NCBI GenBank assembly: GCA_903825255.1
Contig: CAIJZZ010000070.1
Coordinates: 8,767 to 72,766 of the forward strand
Direction of reading: 5' to 3'
From: an uncultured bacterium
GTDB taxonomy: Bacteria > Patescibacteriota > Minisyncoccia > Phycocordibacterales > UBA9973
DNA length: 64,000 bases
Part shown: positions 16,490-24,130 of the stretch, in pieces
Numbering within the stretch: position 1 is the first letter of the stretch
Layout of the letters: each line of letters opens with the position of its first letter
Program-made: the position numbers and the translations under genes
Notes under the pieces: generated by a model
What the model was told of the DNA's origin: nothing
Databases searched by the model: none
Seen by the model: only the letters and a program-made list of their open reading frames with translations

Positions 16490-17210
16490 AGCAATCAAAA
16501 CTGAGATTTTTAAAGAGAATGAAGATTTAATAAAATTCATCTCTAAACACATAAAAAATATTAAAGAAGGTTCTATTTTAGTAATATCTTCAAAAATAGT
16601 TGCTTTATCTGAAGGTAGAGTAGTTTCTAATTTAAATATTAAAGCTAAAGAAAAGTTAATTAAAATAGAAAGTGATTTAGCGATTAAAACCAAACTAGTC
16701 TGGTTTACCATTAAAGACGATATGGTTATGGCTTCAGCGGGTATTGATGAGTCAAATGGAAATGGTAGACTCATCCTTTTACCTAAAAATAGTTTTGATT
16801 CGGCAGAGTTAATTCTTAAAAAAATTAAAAAAATATTTAAAGTTAAAAAATTAGGCATTTTAATAAGCGATAGTGGGATACTTCCTTTACGAGCAGGAGT
16901 GATCGGTGTGGCAATAGGTTATGCTGGTTTTCAAGGAGTTAGGGATTATCAAGGGATGCTAGATATTTTTCGTAGGAATTTGGAATTTTCGAGAACTGAT
17001 GTTGCAGACAGCCTAGCGACTGGAGCGACCTTTTGCATGGGTGAAGGGAATGAAAGACAACCACTTGCTATAATTACAGATGCACCAGTTATTTTTAAAC
17101 AAAAAACAGATAGAAAAGAATTGATCATGAATAAAAAACAAGATATATATGCCCCACTTTTTAAAAATTTAAAAGTAAAAAAACACAAAAATAATGATAA
17201 AAAAAAGTAA
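16479..17210 (+). CDS. CofE-like (F420-0:gamma-glutamyl ligase family) protein
   Basis: VISSKIVALSEGR, ASAGIDESNGNG, ILISDSGILPLRAGVIGVAIGYAGF and ADSLATGATFCMGEGNERQP are present. It overlaps the upstream gene by 11 nt. Confidence 0.8.
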   Translation: MQIKAIKTEIFKENEDLIKFISKHIKNIKEGSILVISSKIVALSEGRVVSNLNIKAKEKLIKIESDLAIKTKLVWFTIKDDMVMASAGIDESNGNGRLILLPKNSFDSAELILKKIKKIFKVKKLGILISDSGILPLRAGVIGVAIGYAGFQGVRDYQGMLDIFRRNLEFSRTDVADSLATGATFCMGEGNERQPLAIITDAPVIFKQKTDRKELIMNKKQDIYAPLFKNLKVKKHKNNDKKK

Positions 17211-18222
17211 AAAATTTCAAACACCGTATTTAACTAATCTTATTTTAAAGCTAGCTCCTAAAATCGGAGCGAAAGTTTTAGTTGAATCAGAATGGAAAAT
17301 TGCTGGGCAAATAATTTATCCTAATGGTGTAGTCCGTTCACTTCGTATGTATTCCTTAGATTTAAATCATATTGCTTCGGCTGATATTGCCCGCGACAAG
17401 GATTTTGCTAAATTTTTTATGAAAAAAAAGGGCTATCCTATAGCAGAAGGAAAAACATTTTTTGAAAAAAATTGGGCCAAAATAGTGAAAAGTGATAGAA
17501 CGATTATTTCTGCAGATAAATATGCCAAAATGCTTGGTTATCCTGTTGTGGTGAAACCTAATAGTAAAAGCCAAGGCTCAGGGGTGTGTGTTGCTTTTAA
17601 TAAAAAAGAATTAAATAGCGCAATACTAGAAGTTTTTAAAGGTGATAAAGTAGCTATCGTTGAGCGATATTTACCAGGACATGATTATAGAGTTGTCGTT
17701 TTAGATGGGGAAATAATTTCTGCTTATGAAAGAATCCCATTATCTATAAAAGGAGATGGAAAAAGCTCAATCTTATCACTATTGAAACAAAAACAGAAAT
17801 ATTTTATTTTAAGTAAAAGAGATACCAGATTGAATTTTAATGATCGAAGAATTCAACTGAAATTAAAAAAAGCTGGTCTTACTCTTAAAAGTATTTTACC
17901 AAAAAACCTTGAGCTATTTTTATTAGACAATGCAAATTTATCTACAGGTGGGGATTCAATAGATGTTACAAAAACCATACATAATAACTTTAAAAAAATC
18001 GCAGTAAGACTTACTAAAGATATGGGGCTGCGCATAGCTGGAGTAGATATAATGGTAACTGAAGGAGATATCACTAAAAATCCCGAAAATTGTAAATATT
18101 ATATTATTGAAATAAATGCAGCCCCCGGACTAGATCACTATGTGACGACAGGGGAGGTGCAGAAGAAAAAAGTTGAAGCAATGTATTTGAAGGTTTTAAA
18201 AGCACTCGGGAAAAAAGATTAA
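17194..18222 (+). CDS. ATP-grasp ligase (RimK/cyanophycin-synthetase-like)
   Basis: GYPVVVKPNSKSQGSGV, ERYLPGHDYRVVVLDGEI, NLSTGG and AGVDIM..YIIEINAAPGL form the ATP-grasp core. It overlaps the upstream gene by 17 nt. Confidence 0.75.
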   Translation: MIKKSKKFQTPYLTNLILKLAPKIGAKVLVESEWKIAGQIIYPNGVVRSLRMYSLDLNHIASADIARDKDFAKFFMKKKGYPIAEGKTFFEKNWAKIVKSDRTIISADKYAKMLGYPVVVKPNSKSQGSGVCVAFNKKELNSAILEVFKGDKVAIVERYLPGHDYRVVVLDGEIISAYERIPLSIKGDGKSSILSLLKQKQKYFILSKRDTRLNFNDRRIQLKLKKAGLTLKSILPKNLELFLLDNANLSTGGDSIDVTKTIHNNFKKIAVRLTKDMGLRIAGVDIMVTEGDITKNPENCKYYIIEINAAPGLDHYVTTGEVQKKKVEAMYLKVLKALGKKD

Positions 18223-18255
18223 GATTAGTCAGTTGGTTTTTTTATTTTTTAGTAG

Positions 18256-18270
18256 TATATTTAAAGTATG
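18256..18270 (+). promoter_or_regulatory. -10 box placed for a leaderless transcript
   Basis: TATATT (18256-18261), then 6 nt, then ATG at 18268. Confidence 0.45.
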
Positions 18271-18597
18271 ATAGATTTAAATAAAATACAAAAAGAGATA
18301 ATGCGCAATAAAATAGAAAAAGGTTTTAATACCACTGATGTGGCTCTTGAATTTTGCCGGGCTCATGAAGAACTTTCTGAAGCTTTTTCAAAATTTAATA
18401 AAAATCAAGATGGTGTAGCTGAAGAATTTGCTGATGTGGCTATTTTTTTATTTGGTATGGCTGAAATTTTAGGTTTCGATTTAGAAAAAGAATTGGTTCG
18501 AAAAGTTAAAATTAATAAAAATCGCAAATATAAAAAATTAAAATCTCCAGACGGAAAAGATATTTTTATTAGAATTAAAACAAAAATAGATCCTTAA
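18268..18597 (+). CDS. small MazG-type nucleotide pyrophosphohydrolase
   Basis: 109 aa. HEELSEA...EEFADVAIFLFGMAE matches the all-alpha NTP-PPase EExxE/D pattern. Confidence 0.7.
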   Translation: MIDLNKIQKEIMRNKIEKGFNTTDVALEFCRAHEELSEAFSKFNKNQDGVAEEFADVAIFLFGMAEILGFDLEKELVRKVKINKNRKYKKLKSPDGKDIFIRIKTKIDP

Positions 18598-18600
18598 AAT

Positions 18601-18623
18601 AAAATCCCCAGCTGGGGATTTTA
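18601..18623. terminator. bidirectional intrinsic terminator
   Basis: AAAATCCCC-AGCT-GGGGATTTT lies between the convergent MazG-like gene and folA. Confidence 0.7.
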
Positions 18624-19139
18624 TTTTTTGATATATTCAGCAAATTCTATATCATAAATATTTAAATCATCTTTAGAATGTTTTTCACTTCTTATTTTTT
18701 GCCATTTCGTCTCTTCAATAATAGGGAAGTATACTTCGGCGTCAGAGAAAGAAGCATCTACGTGAGTAATGTAGAGTTTATCCACTCTGTCAATGAACAA
18801 TTTATAAATCATTCCGCCACCAATCACAAAATTTTCTTCGTTCTGGTTTTCAGTTTTTAGTTTGTTTTCTAATTCTTCTATTGAATGAAAAATCTCTATG
18901 CCTTCACGGTAAAAAGTTGGGTCTTGAGTAAGTACAATATTTCGACGATTTGGTAATGTTTTTCCTAGTTTGCCATCAGGGCCAATACCTAAGGATTCAA
19001 AAGTTTTTTGACCCATAATAATAGTGTGTCCACGAGTAGTATCCCGAAAGTGTTTCATGTCCGCAGGTAAATTCCAAAGAAGGTCATTCTTCTTGCCGAT
19101 TTCATTATTTTTACCAATAGCTACAATAATTGAAAGCAT
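18621..19139 (-). CDS. folA: dihydrofolate reductase
   Basis: IVAIGKNNEIGKKNDLLWNLPADMKHFRDTTRGHTIIMGQKTFESLG and VIGGGMIYKLF are DHFR signatures. Confidence 0.9.
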   Translation of the reverse strand: MLSIIVAIGKNNEIGKKNDLLWNLPADMKHFRDTTRGHTIIMGQKTFESLGIGPDGKLGKTLPNRRNIVLTQDPTFYREGIEIFHSIEELENKLKTENQNEENFVIGGGMIYKLFIDRVDKLYITHVDASFSDAEVYFPIIEETKWQKIRSEKHSKDDLNIYDIEFAEYIKK

Positions 19140-19140
19140 A

Positions 19141-19989
19141 TTATTTTATAATCTCTAAGCCTGTAATTGGTTCACCTGGATTAAAATAAGGGGCAAATGC
19201 TTGATATATTTCATCCACTAAATTTTCATCTCTTTTTTCTGCTCTATCAAAAATATTTTCTGGTAAAATTGGAAAAATATTTTCATGTGTATTCTTTCTT
19301 TGAATTAATTCCAGGGCTCCTTCATAATGAGTGTCATATATATGAGCATTGGAAATAGTATGTGTATATATTCCAGGGCGTACTTCTAATTTTTGGGCTA
19401 GTGTATACATCAATAAACTAAAACCAAAAGTATCAAAAGGACATCCCAGCATCATATCATTAGAACGAATAATGTTGTGTAAATGTAATCGTCCACCAAC
19501 AATATTTACTGTGAAAGCAAAAGGGCACGGAGCATTTTTTTTATAAGTTGCTTTCAAATTTGTTCCATATAAACCATCATCTGCTGGATCCCAGGTTATT
19601 ACCACCCCCTGTCTCGAATGTGGTTCTTCTTTTAAATGTTTGATTAATTGACCGAGTTGGTCTCTTCCGAAATGATGTCTCCAGCGATAACCATAGGCTG
19701 AGGTTATCGTACCATCTTCTTCAATAAATTGGTCCCACATTTTAGTATATTTTCTTAAAAATTCTGTATTTTTATCACCAGTGATAAACCAAACCTGTTC
19801 AGCGATAGGTGATTTTATTGGATTTTTTCGTAGAGTTAAGATTGGGAAACCCTCTTTTTCAACATCAATTTGAAAAGTAAGACCAGGTAATATTTTTATT
19901 TTATGTCCAGTACGTTCATTTAATTCCTCAATACCTTCTTCCATTATTTTTTTTATCAAATTTTGATAGATTGTGTCAAAAGTAGTCAT
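19141..19989 (-). CDS. thymidylate-synthase-family (ThyA-like) pyrimidine C5-methyl/hydroxymethyl transferase with Asp at the Asn specificity position
   Basis: ERTG, EQVWFITG, YGYRWR, catalytic Cys in NAPCPF, IIRSND and NAHIYDTH are present. LGCPFDTFGF replaces the canonical LGLPFNIASY. The stop is 1 nt from the folA start. Confidence 0.85.
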   Translation of the reverse strand: MTTFDTIYQNLIKKIMEEGIEELNERTGHKIKILPGLTFQIDVEKEGFPILTLRKNPIKSPIAEQVWFITGDKNTEFLRKYTKMWDQFIEEDGTITSAYGYRWRHHFGRDQLGQLIKHLKEEPHSRQGVVITWDPADDGLYGTNLKATYKKNAPCPFAFTVNIVGGRLHLHNIIRSNDMMLGCPFDTFGFSLLMYTLAQKLEVRPGIYTHTISNAHIYDTHYEGALELIQRKNTHENIFPILPENIFDRAEKRDENLVDEIYQAFAPYFNPGEPITGLEIIK

Positions 19990-20018
19990 ATGTTAAAGTA
20001 TACAAAAATAAAGATTTT

Positions 20019-20543
20019 ATGCCAAGCAATAATAAAAATATTAAATATCCATATTTACCAGAAGGAAAAGATATATTATATGTTCCGATTTCTGATAAAT
20101 ATATGGCTCGAGCTAAAGAAGTCGCTCGTGGTTCAAATGACCAAAGTATTCCTACTGGGGCTGTGATTGTTTCTGACGGAAAAATTATAGCTGAAGCTTC
20201 AAATAAAACACCATTATCAAATCCATTTTTAAAAAAATTACATGCAAAGTATTGCATAAGAAGAATGTTTAAAATACCTTCAGGTCAAAAATATTGGATT
20301 TGTCCTGGTTGTGCTTCGCATGAAAATCATGGAGAATATAGGGCAGTAGTTATGTTTCAAAAAAAGATAAAGGAAGTTAATTCTCCTTGTGATTTATATT
20401 TATGGGGACATTGGTGGTGTTGTAAGCCTTGTTGGGATAAGATGTTGGAACTTCCAGTACGAAATGTTTATTTATTAGAAGGAAGCGAAATATTATTTAA
20501 TTCTAATAATCCTGATAATTTAATCGGAAAACAATTTAAGTAA
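20019..20543 (+). CDS. cytidine/deoxycytidylate deaminase-fold zinc protein (divergent)
   Basis: AKEVARGSNDQSIPTGAVIVSDGKIIAEASN opens the CDA fold. HGE (in ENHGEYRAV) stands in place of HAE. CCKPCWDKM supplies the PCxxC motif. Confidence 0.6.
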   Translation: MPSNNKNIKYPYLPEGKDILYVPISDKYMARAKEVARGSNDQSIPTGAVIVSDGKIIAEASNKTPLSNPFLKKLHAKYCIRRMFKIPSGQKYWICPGCASHENHGEYRAVVMFQKKIKEVNSPCDLYLWGHWWCCKPCWDKMLELPVRNVYLLEGSEILFNSNNPDNLIGKQFK

Positions 20544-20544
20544 T

Positions 20545-20982
20545 ATGAAAAAGAAACTTTATATTGGTTGCAGTCTTACTCTTCTTCCAAATAACAAGAA
20601 AGAAGAATTTTTGAAAATGATTTCTAAAATAAAAAAAGAGTTGGATAAAAATTTTGAAATTTTAGAATTTTTAGGAATAAATGATCTTGAAACTACTCAT
20701 CCATATACTCCGAAGGAGATTTACGATTATGATATTAGAAAATGTGTTATGAAAGCTGATTGTATGCTCGCATTTTGTGATTATCCTTCTATTGGTCTCG
20801 GTTATGAGATGGCGACTGCCGTTGAAAAATTAGGTATTCCTGTATTAGCAGTGGCACACAAAGATCAAATAGTTGGTAGGATTATCAGAGGTATCGATCA
20901 GAAAAATTTTGAATTTAGGTATTATGATTCAATCGAAGAAATTATAGATAAAACAATAGAAAAATTTGACAAAATTATGTGA
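20545..20982 (+). CDS. nucleoside 2-deoxyribosyltransferase-like protein
   Basis: KLYIGCSL start and ADCMLAFCDYPSIGLGYEMATAVEKLGIPVLAV resemble the Nuc_deoxyrib_tr family layout, including the conserved Glu. Confidence 0.5.
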   Translation: MKKKLYIGCSLTLLPNNKKEEFLKMISKIKKELDKNFEILEFLGINDLETTHPYTPKEIYDYDIRKCVMKADCMLAFCDYPSIGLGYEMATAVEKLGIPVLAVAHKDQIVGRIIRGIDQKNFEFRYYDSIEEIIDKTIEKFDKIM

Positions 20983-20994
20983 AAATGCTATGCT
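20966..20994 (+). promoter_or_regulatory. sigma70-like promoter upstream of the DEAD-box helicase
   Basis: TTGACA (20966-20971), 17-nt spacer, TATGCT (20989-20994). It lies within the 3-prime end of the preceding gene. Confidence 0.5.
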
Positions 20995-21111
20995 AAAGCA
21001 TCATTCTCACTATTATTTAACGAGAACTGACGATTGTGGATATCAATATATGACTTTTTGTCGTTTAGCCCAGCCTGGGTAGCATTGATGACCATGACAA
21101 AAAGAAAATAT

Positions 21112-22431
21112 ATGATAAATAAGCAACGCAGTTTCGCGCCCGCCCGCAACGGTGAGCGTAGCGATTCGGGCAGGCGTGGAGCTTCTGCTCCATCTCGCGG
21201 TAAATTTAATAGTAGTCATTCTAGTCACTCTAAACCTAGTTTCCATTCAAAAAGTGGAGGCAGTTTTGGTAGTAAAAAAAGAAGTAGTGGTGGTAAAAAA
21301 AGATTTGGTGGAGAACGAATTGATTTTTCACGTTTTGTGAAGAAAGCTCAGATGATAAAGGAAATTCCATATGTTTCTAAACATACGTTTTCTGATTTTC
21401 CATTTAATTCACAACTTTATAAAAATATAGCTAAAGCTGGTTTTATAAATCCACGACCAATTCAAGATCAAGCTATTCCTTCAGTACTTGCCGGGAAAGA
21501 TGTTTTCGGTATGGCTAATACCGGGACAGGGAAGACAGCCGCTTTTCTTTTGCCACTTATTGAAAAAATTGCGAAAACAAAAGGTCAATCAAAAAGAGAA
21601 ACAGTACTAATTATGGCTCCGACTCGCGAACTGGCTTTACAAATAGAATCAGATTTTAAAAATCTCGCTTTTGGGTTTGGAATGTTTTCTGTTTGTTGTG
21701 TCGGTGGACTTCCAATAATGAAACAAATTTCTGAATTAAAAATGGGTGTCTCTTTTGTAATCGGCACCCCAGGTCGCTTACGAGACCTTATTGCTCGAAA
21801 AGTGTTAGATTTATCACAATGTCACTCTGTGGTACTCGATGAGGCAGATCGAATGCTTGATATGGGCTTCCGTGATGATATGGTTTTTATTTTAGCTAAG
21901 TGCCCAAAAGAGGATAGACAAACTCTTTTCTTTTCTGCCACACTCTCACCTGAAATTAAAAAACTCACGACTGAATTTCTAAAAGATCCAGTTTTCATTT
22001 CTGTTATCTCTGGGGAGACTGCCAAAAATATTGATCAGGATATCGTGCGAGTTCGCACAAAAGAAGAAAAATTAGAAAAGCTTCATGAAATTTTAAAAAA
22101 AGATGGATCAGATAAAGTTTTAATTTTTCGAGAAATGAAACACAGTGTAGACACTTTAACTAAGGAATTAAATCATTTAGGTTTTAAAGTCGGTTCGATT
22201 CATGGTGACAAAAGAAGCCGAGAACGTATTCGTACTCTAGACGCTTTTAAGCAAGATAAAATAAATATTTTAATTGCGACAGATGTCGCGGCTAGAGGCC
22301 TAGATATCCCTGATGTGACCCATGTGATCAATTATGATATTCCACAGAATTACGATACTTATGTGCATCGTATTGGACGTACTGGCCGTTCAGGTAAATC
22401 AGGCACTGCTCTCACTTTCGTGCCAGCCTAA
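21112..22431 (+). CDS. DEAD-box ATP-dependent RNA helicase with basic Ser/Gly/Arg-rich N-terminal tail
   Basis: Q-motif PRPIQDQAIP, then ANTGTGKTAAF, VLDEADRML, SATL and HRIGRTGRSG. The start is uncertain: in-frame ATGs at 21088, 21094 and 21112. Confidence 0.9.
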   Translation: MINKQRSFAPARNGERSDSGRRGASAPSRGKFNSSHSSHSKPSFHSKSGGSFGSKKRSSGGKKRFGGERIDFSRFVKKAQMIKEIPYVSKHTFSDFPFNSQLYKNIAKAGFINPRPIQDQAIPSVLAGKDVFGMANTGTGKTAAFLLPLIEKIAKTKGQSKRETVLIMAPTRELALQIESDFKNLAFGFGMFSVCCVGGLPIMKQISELKMGVSFVIGTPGRLRDLIARKVLDLSQCHSVVLDEADRMLDMGFRDDMVFILAKCPKEDRQTLFFSATLSPEIKKLTTEFLKDPVFISVISGETAKNIDQDIVRVRTKEEKLEKLHEILKKDGSDKVLIFREMKHSVDTLTKELNHLGFKVGSIHGDKRSRERIRTLDAFKQDKINILIATDVAARGLDIPDVTHVINYDIPQNYDTYVHRIGRTGRSGKSGTALTFVPA

Positions 22432-22442
22432 ATATATAAATC

Positions 22443-22471
22443 AAAAAAACCGCCTACTAGGCGGTTTTTTT
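22443..22471. terminator. bidirectional intrinsic terminator
   Basis: AAAAAAACCGCC-TACTA-GGCGGTTTTTTT lies between the helicase gene and the convergent rpmB. Confidence 0.8.
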
Positions 22472-22478
22472 ATAGGTT

Positions 22479-22727
22479 TTATTTTGATTTAATTAAGCCA
22501 GCTTTTTTAAGTGTGGCATAAATTCCATTTTTATTCATTGTGCGCATACCGCGGGTTGAAACTTCTATAATAATAGATTTGTTAAGTTCCGGCACAAAAA
22601 TCTTCTTCTTTTGAAGATTTGGGAATTTACGCTTTTTACCAGTTGGGTTGAATTTAGTGGCACGAGTCCTGTTAGAATACCCACCTCCGACAATTGAACC
22701 TTTTTTTGTGATTGCACATGTTTTCAT
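22479..22727 (-). CDS. rpmB: 50S ribosomal protein L28
   Basis: MKTCAITKKGSIVGGGYSNRTRATKFNPTGKKRKFPNLQKKK fits the L28 pattern. Confidence 0.88.
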   Translation of the reverse strand: MKTCAITKKGSIVGGGYSNRTRATKFNPTGKKRKFPNLQKKKIFVPELNKSIIIEVSTRGMRTMNKNGIYATLKKAGLIKSK

Positions 22728-22762
22728 AACGATTTTTCTATGTTATCATTAAATTCATATTT

Positions 22763-23383
22763 ATGCAACCCATTGATGCAATTTTTTTTATAGCCATACT
22801 TATCATGTCCGTAGTAATTCACGAAATATCTCACGGTTTTATGGCAGAATATTTTGGGGATAAGACAGCTAGAATGGCTGGTCGCTTAACTTTAAATCCG
22901 ATTAAACATCTAGATCCGATTGGTTCTATTTTATTACCAGCTCTTCTTGTCTTTAGTGGTTCTCATTTTTTAATCGGCTGGGCTAAACCGGTTCCATATA
23001 ATCCGAATAATCTTACAAATAAAAAATGGGGAACTATTGCGGTAGCGGCAGCTGGAGTTTTGGCTAATTTATTAATTGCTCTTATTTTCGGTATTTTAAT
23101 TCGACTAGCTCCATCTTTTAATTTACCGCTCTCTTTTTATAATATAACCATCGAAATTGTAATGGTTAATATTGGTTTAGCCATTTTCAATCTTGTGCCG
23201 ATTCCACCCCTTGATGGTTCTAAGATACTTTTTAATCTCTTGCCAGATTCAATGTATTCTATTGTTCAATTACTTGAACAATATTCTTTGATCTTTTTGG
23301 TTATTTTTATTTTCTTTTTTTCCAATTATTTATATCCAGTTCTGTCTTTTTTATATCATATCTTTACTGGATTAGTAATTTAA
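22763..23383 (+). CDS. M50-family site-2 metalloprotease
   Basis: HEISHG (HExxH) lies in the first TM. LNPIKHLDPIGS and a later NLVPIPPLDGSK motif are also present. Confidence 0.8.
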   Translation: MQPIDAIFFIAILIMSVVIHEISHGFMAEYFGDKTARMAGRLTLNPIKHLDPIGSILLPALLVFSGSHFLIGWAKPVPYNPNNLTNKKWGTIAVAAAGVLANLLIALIFGILIRLAPSFNLPLSFYNITIEIVMVNIGLAIFNLVPIPPLDGSKILFNLLPDSMYSIVQLLEQYSLIFLVIFIFFFSNYLYPVLSFLYHIFTGLVI

Positions 23384-23413
23384 TTATTTTATTACTCGTT
23401 CATATGACTCGCT

Positions 23414-24016
23414 TTAGCGTGTCGAGCAAGCTTCTAAATAATTTTTCTCAATTACTTCCCAATTTAAATTAGCAAAGAAAGCTTCAACATACTTTTTCTT
23501 TTCTGAGGTTGGATAGTCATATACAAAAGCATGTTCCCACATATCAATTCCTATAATCCAATTGAGCCCATTTAGTTGCCCCATATGATGTTCGTCTATC
23601 CAAGCAGGAATGAGTTGGTTGGTTTGTTTGTCGAAATAAAGTGCTGCCCAACCGACGCCACGAGTCATCGTTAAGGTTTTAAAACCAGTGAGCCAGGCTT
23701 CAAACGAAGGAGTTATTTTTTCAATAGCCATTTTAAATTGAGAATTTACTGGTAAGGATTTTGCTCCACCTTCTAATGAGCCAAAAAAATATTCATGGTT
23801 GCGCATACCATTAAACTCAAAACCAAAACGTCTTTGTAATTCACCGATAACATAAGCATTTTTTTCATAATCAGACATATATTCTGATATTTTTTCTGAA
23901 ATTAAATTGCTGTTTTTCACATAGCCAGCATATAACTTCAAATGTTCTTCGATGTTTTTCGACGAGATTCCTTTTAATTCTCCGATATTAAATTTTTTTT
24001 CTATAAATTTTTCCAT
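23414..24016 (-). CDS. Fe/Mn-family superoxide dismutase
   Basis: GIDMWEHAFVYDY (Asp and His ligands), MRNHEYFF and IEEHLKLYAGYV are present. I place the start at MEKFIEKK (24016). The longer track ORF runs into a GC-rich repeat. Confidence 0.82.
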   Translation of the reverse strand: MEKFIEKKFNIGELKGISSKNIEEHLKLYAGYVKNSNLISEKISEYMSDYEKNAYVIGELQRRFGFEFNGMRNHEYFFGSLEGGAKSLPVNSQFKMAIEKITPSFEAWLTGFKTLTMTRGVGWAALYFDKQTNQLIPAWIDEHHMGQLNGLNWIIGIDMWEHAFVYDYPTSEKKKYVEAFFANLNWEVIEKNYLEACSTR

Positions 24017-24030
24017 AAATTTTATTCGTT

Positions 24031-24097
24031 GTGCTGTTTTTTCAGGTCCTCGGTCCTCCTCGCGAGTACGCTCGGCCAGACCATTCAAAAACAGCAC
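24031..24097. repeat. family A GC-capped hairpin element, copy A1
   Basis: Arms GTGCTGTTTTT / AAAAACAGCAC enclose TCAGGTCCTCGGTCCTCCTCGCGAGTACGCTCGGCCAGACCATTC. The core matches 59515-59564 at 49 of 50 positions. Confidence 0.85.
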
Positions 24098-24130
24098 AAC
24101 TTCATTATATTAATATGGTAACATTATAAC

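Noticed and set aside
24017-24097. N-terminal 27-aa extension of the superoxide dismutase ORF (MLFLNGLAERTREEDRGPEKTAQRIKF).
   Set aside because: The extension is simply the translated family A repeat. The SOD homology begins at MEKFIEKK (ATG at 24016).
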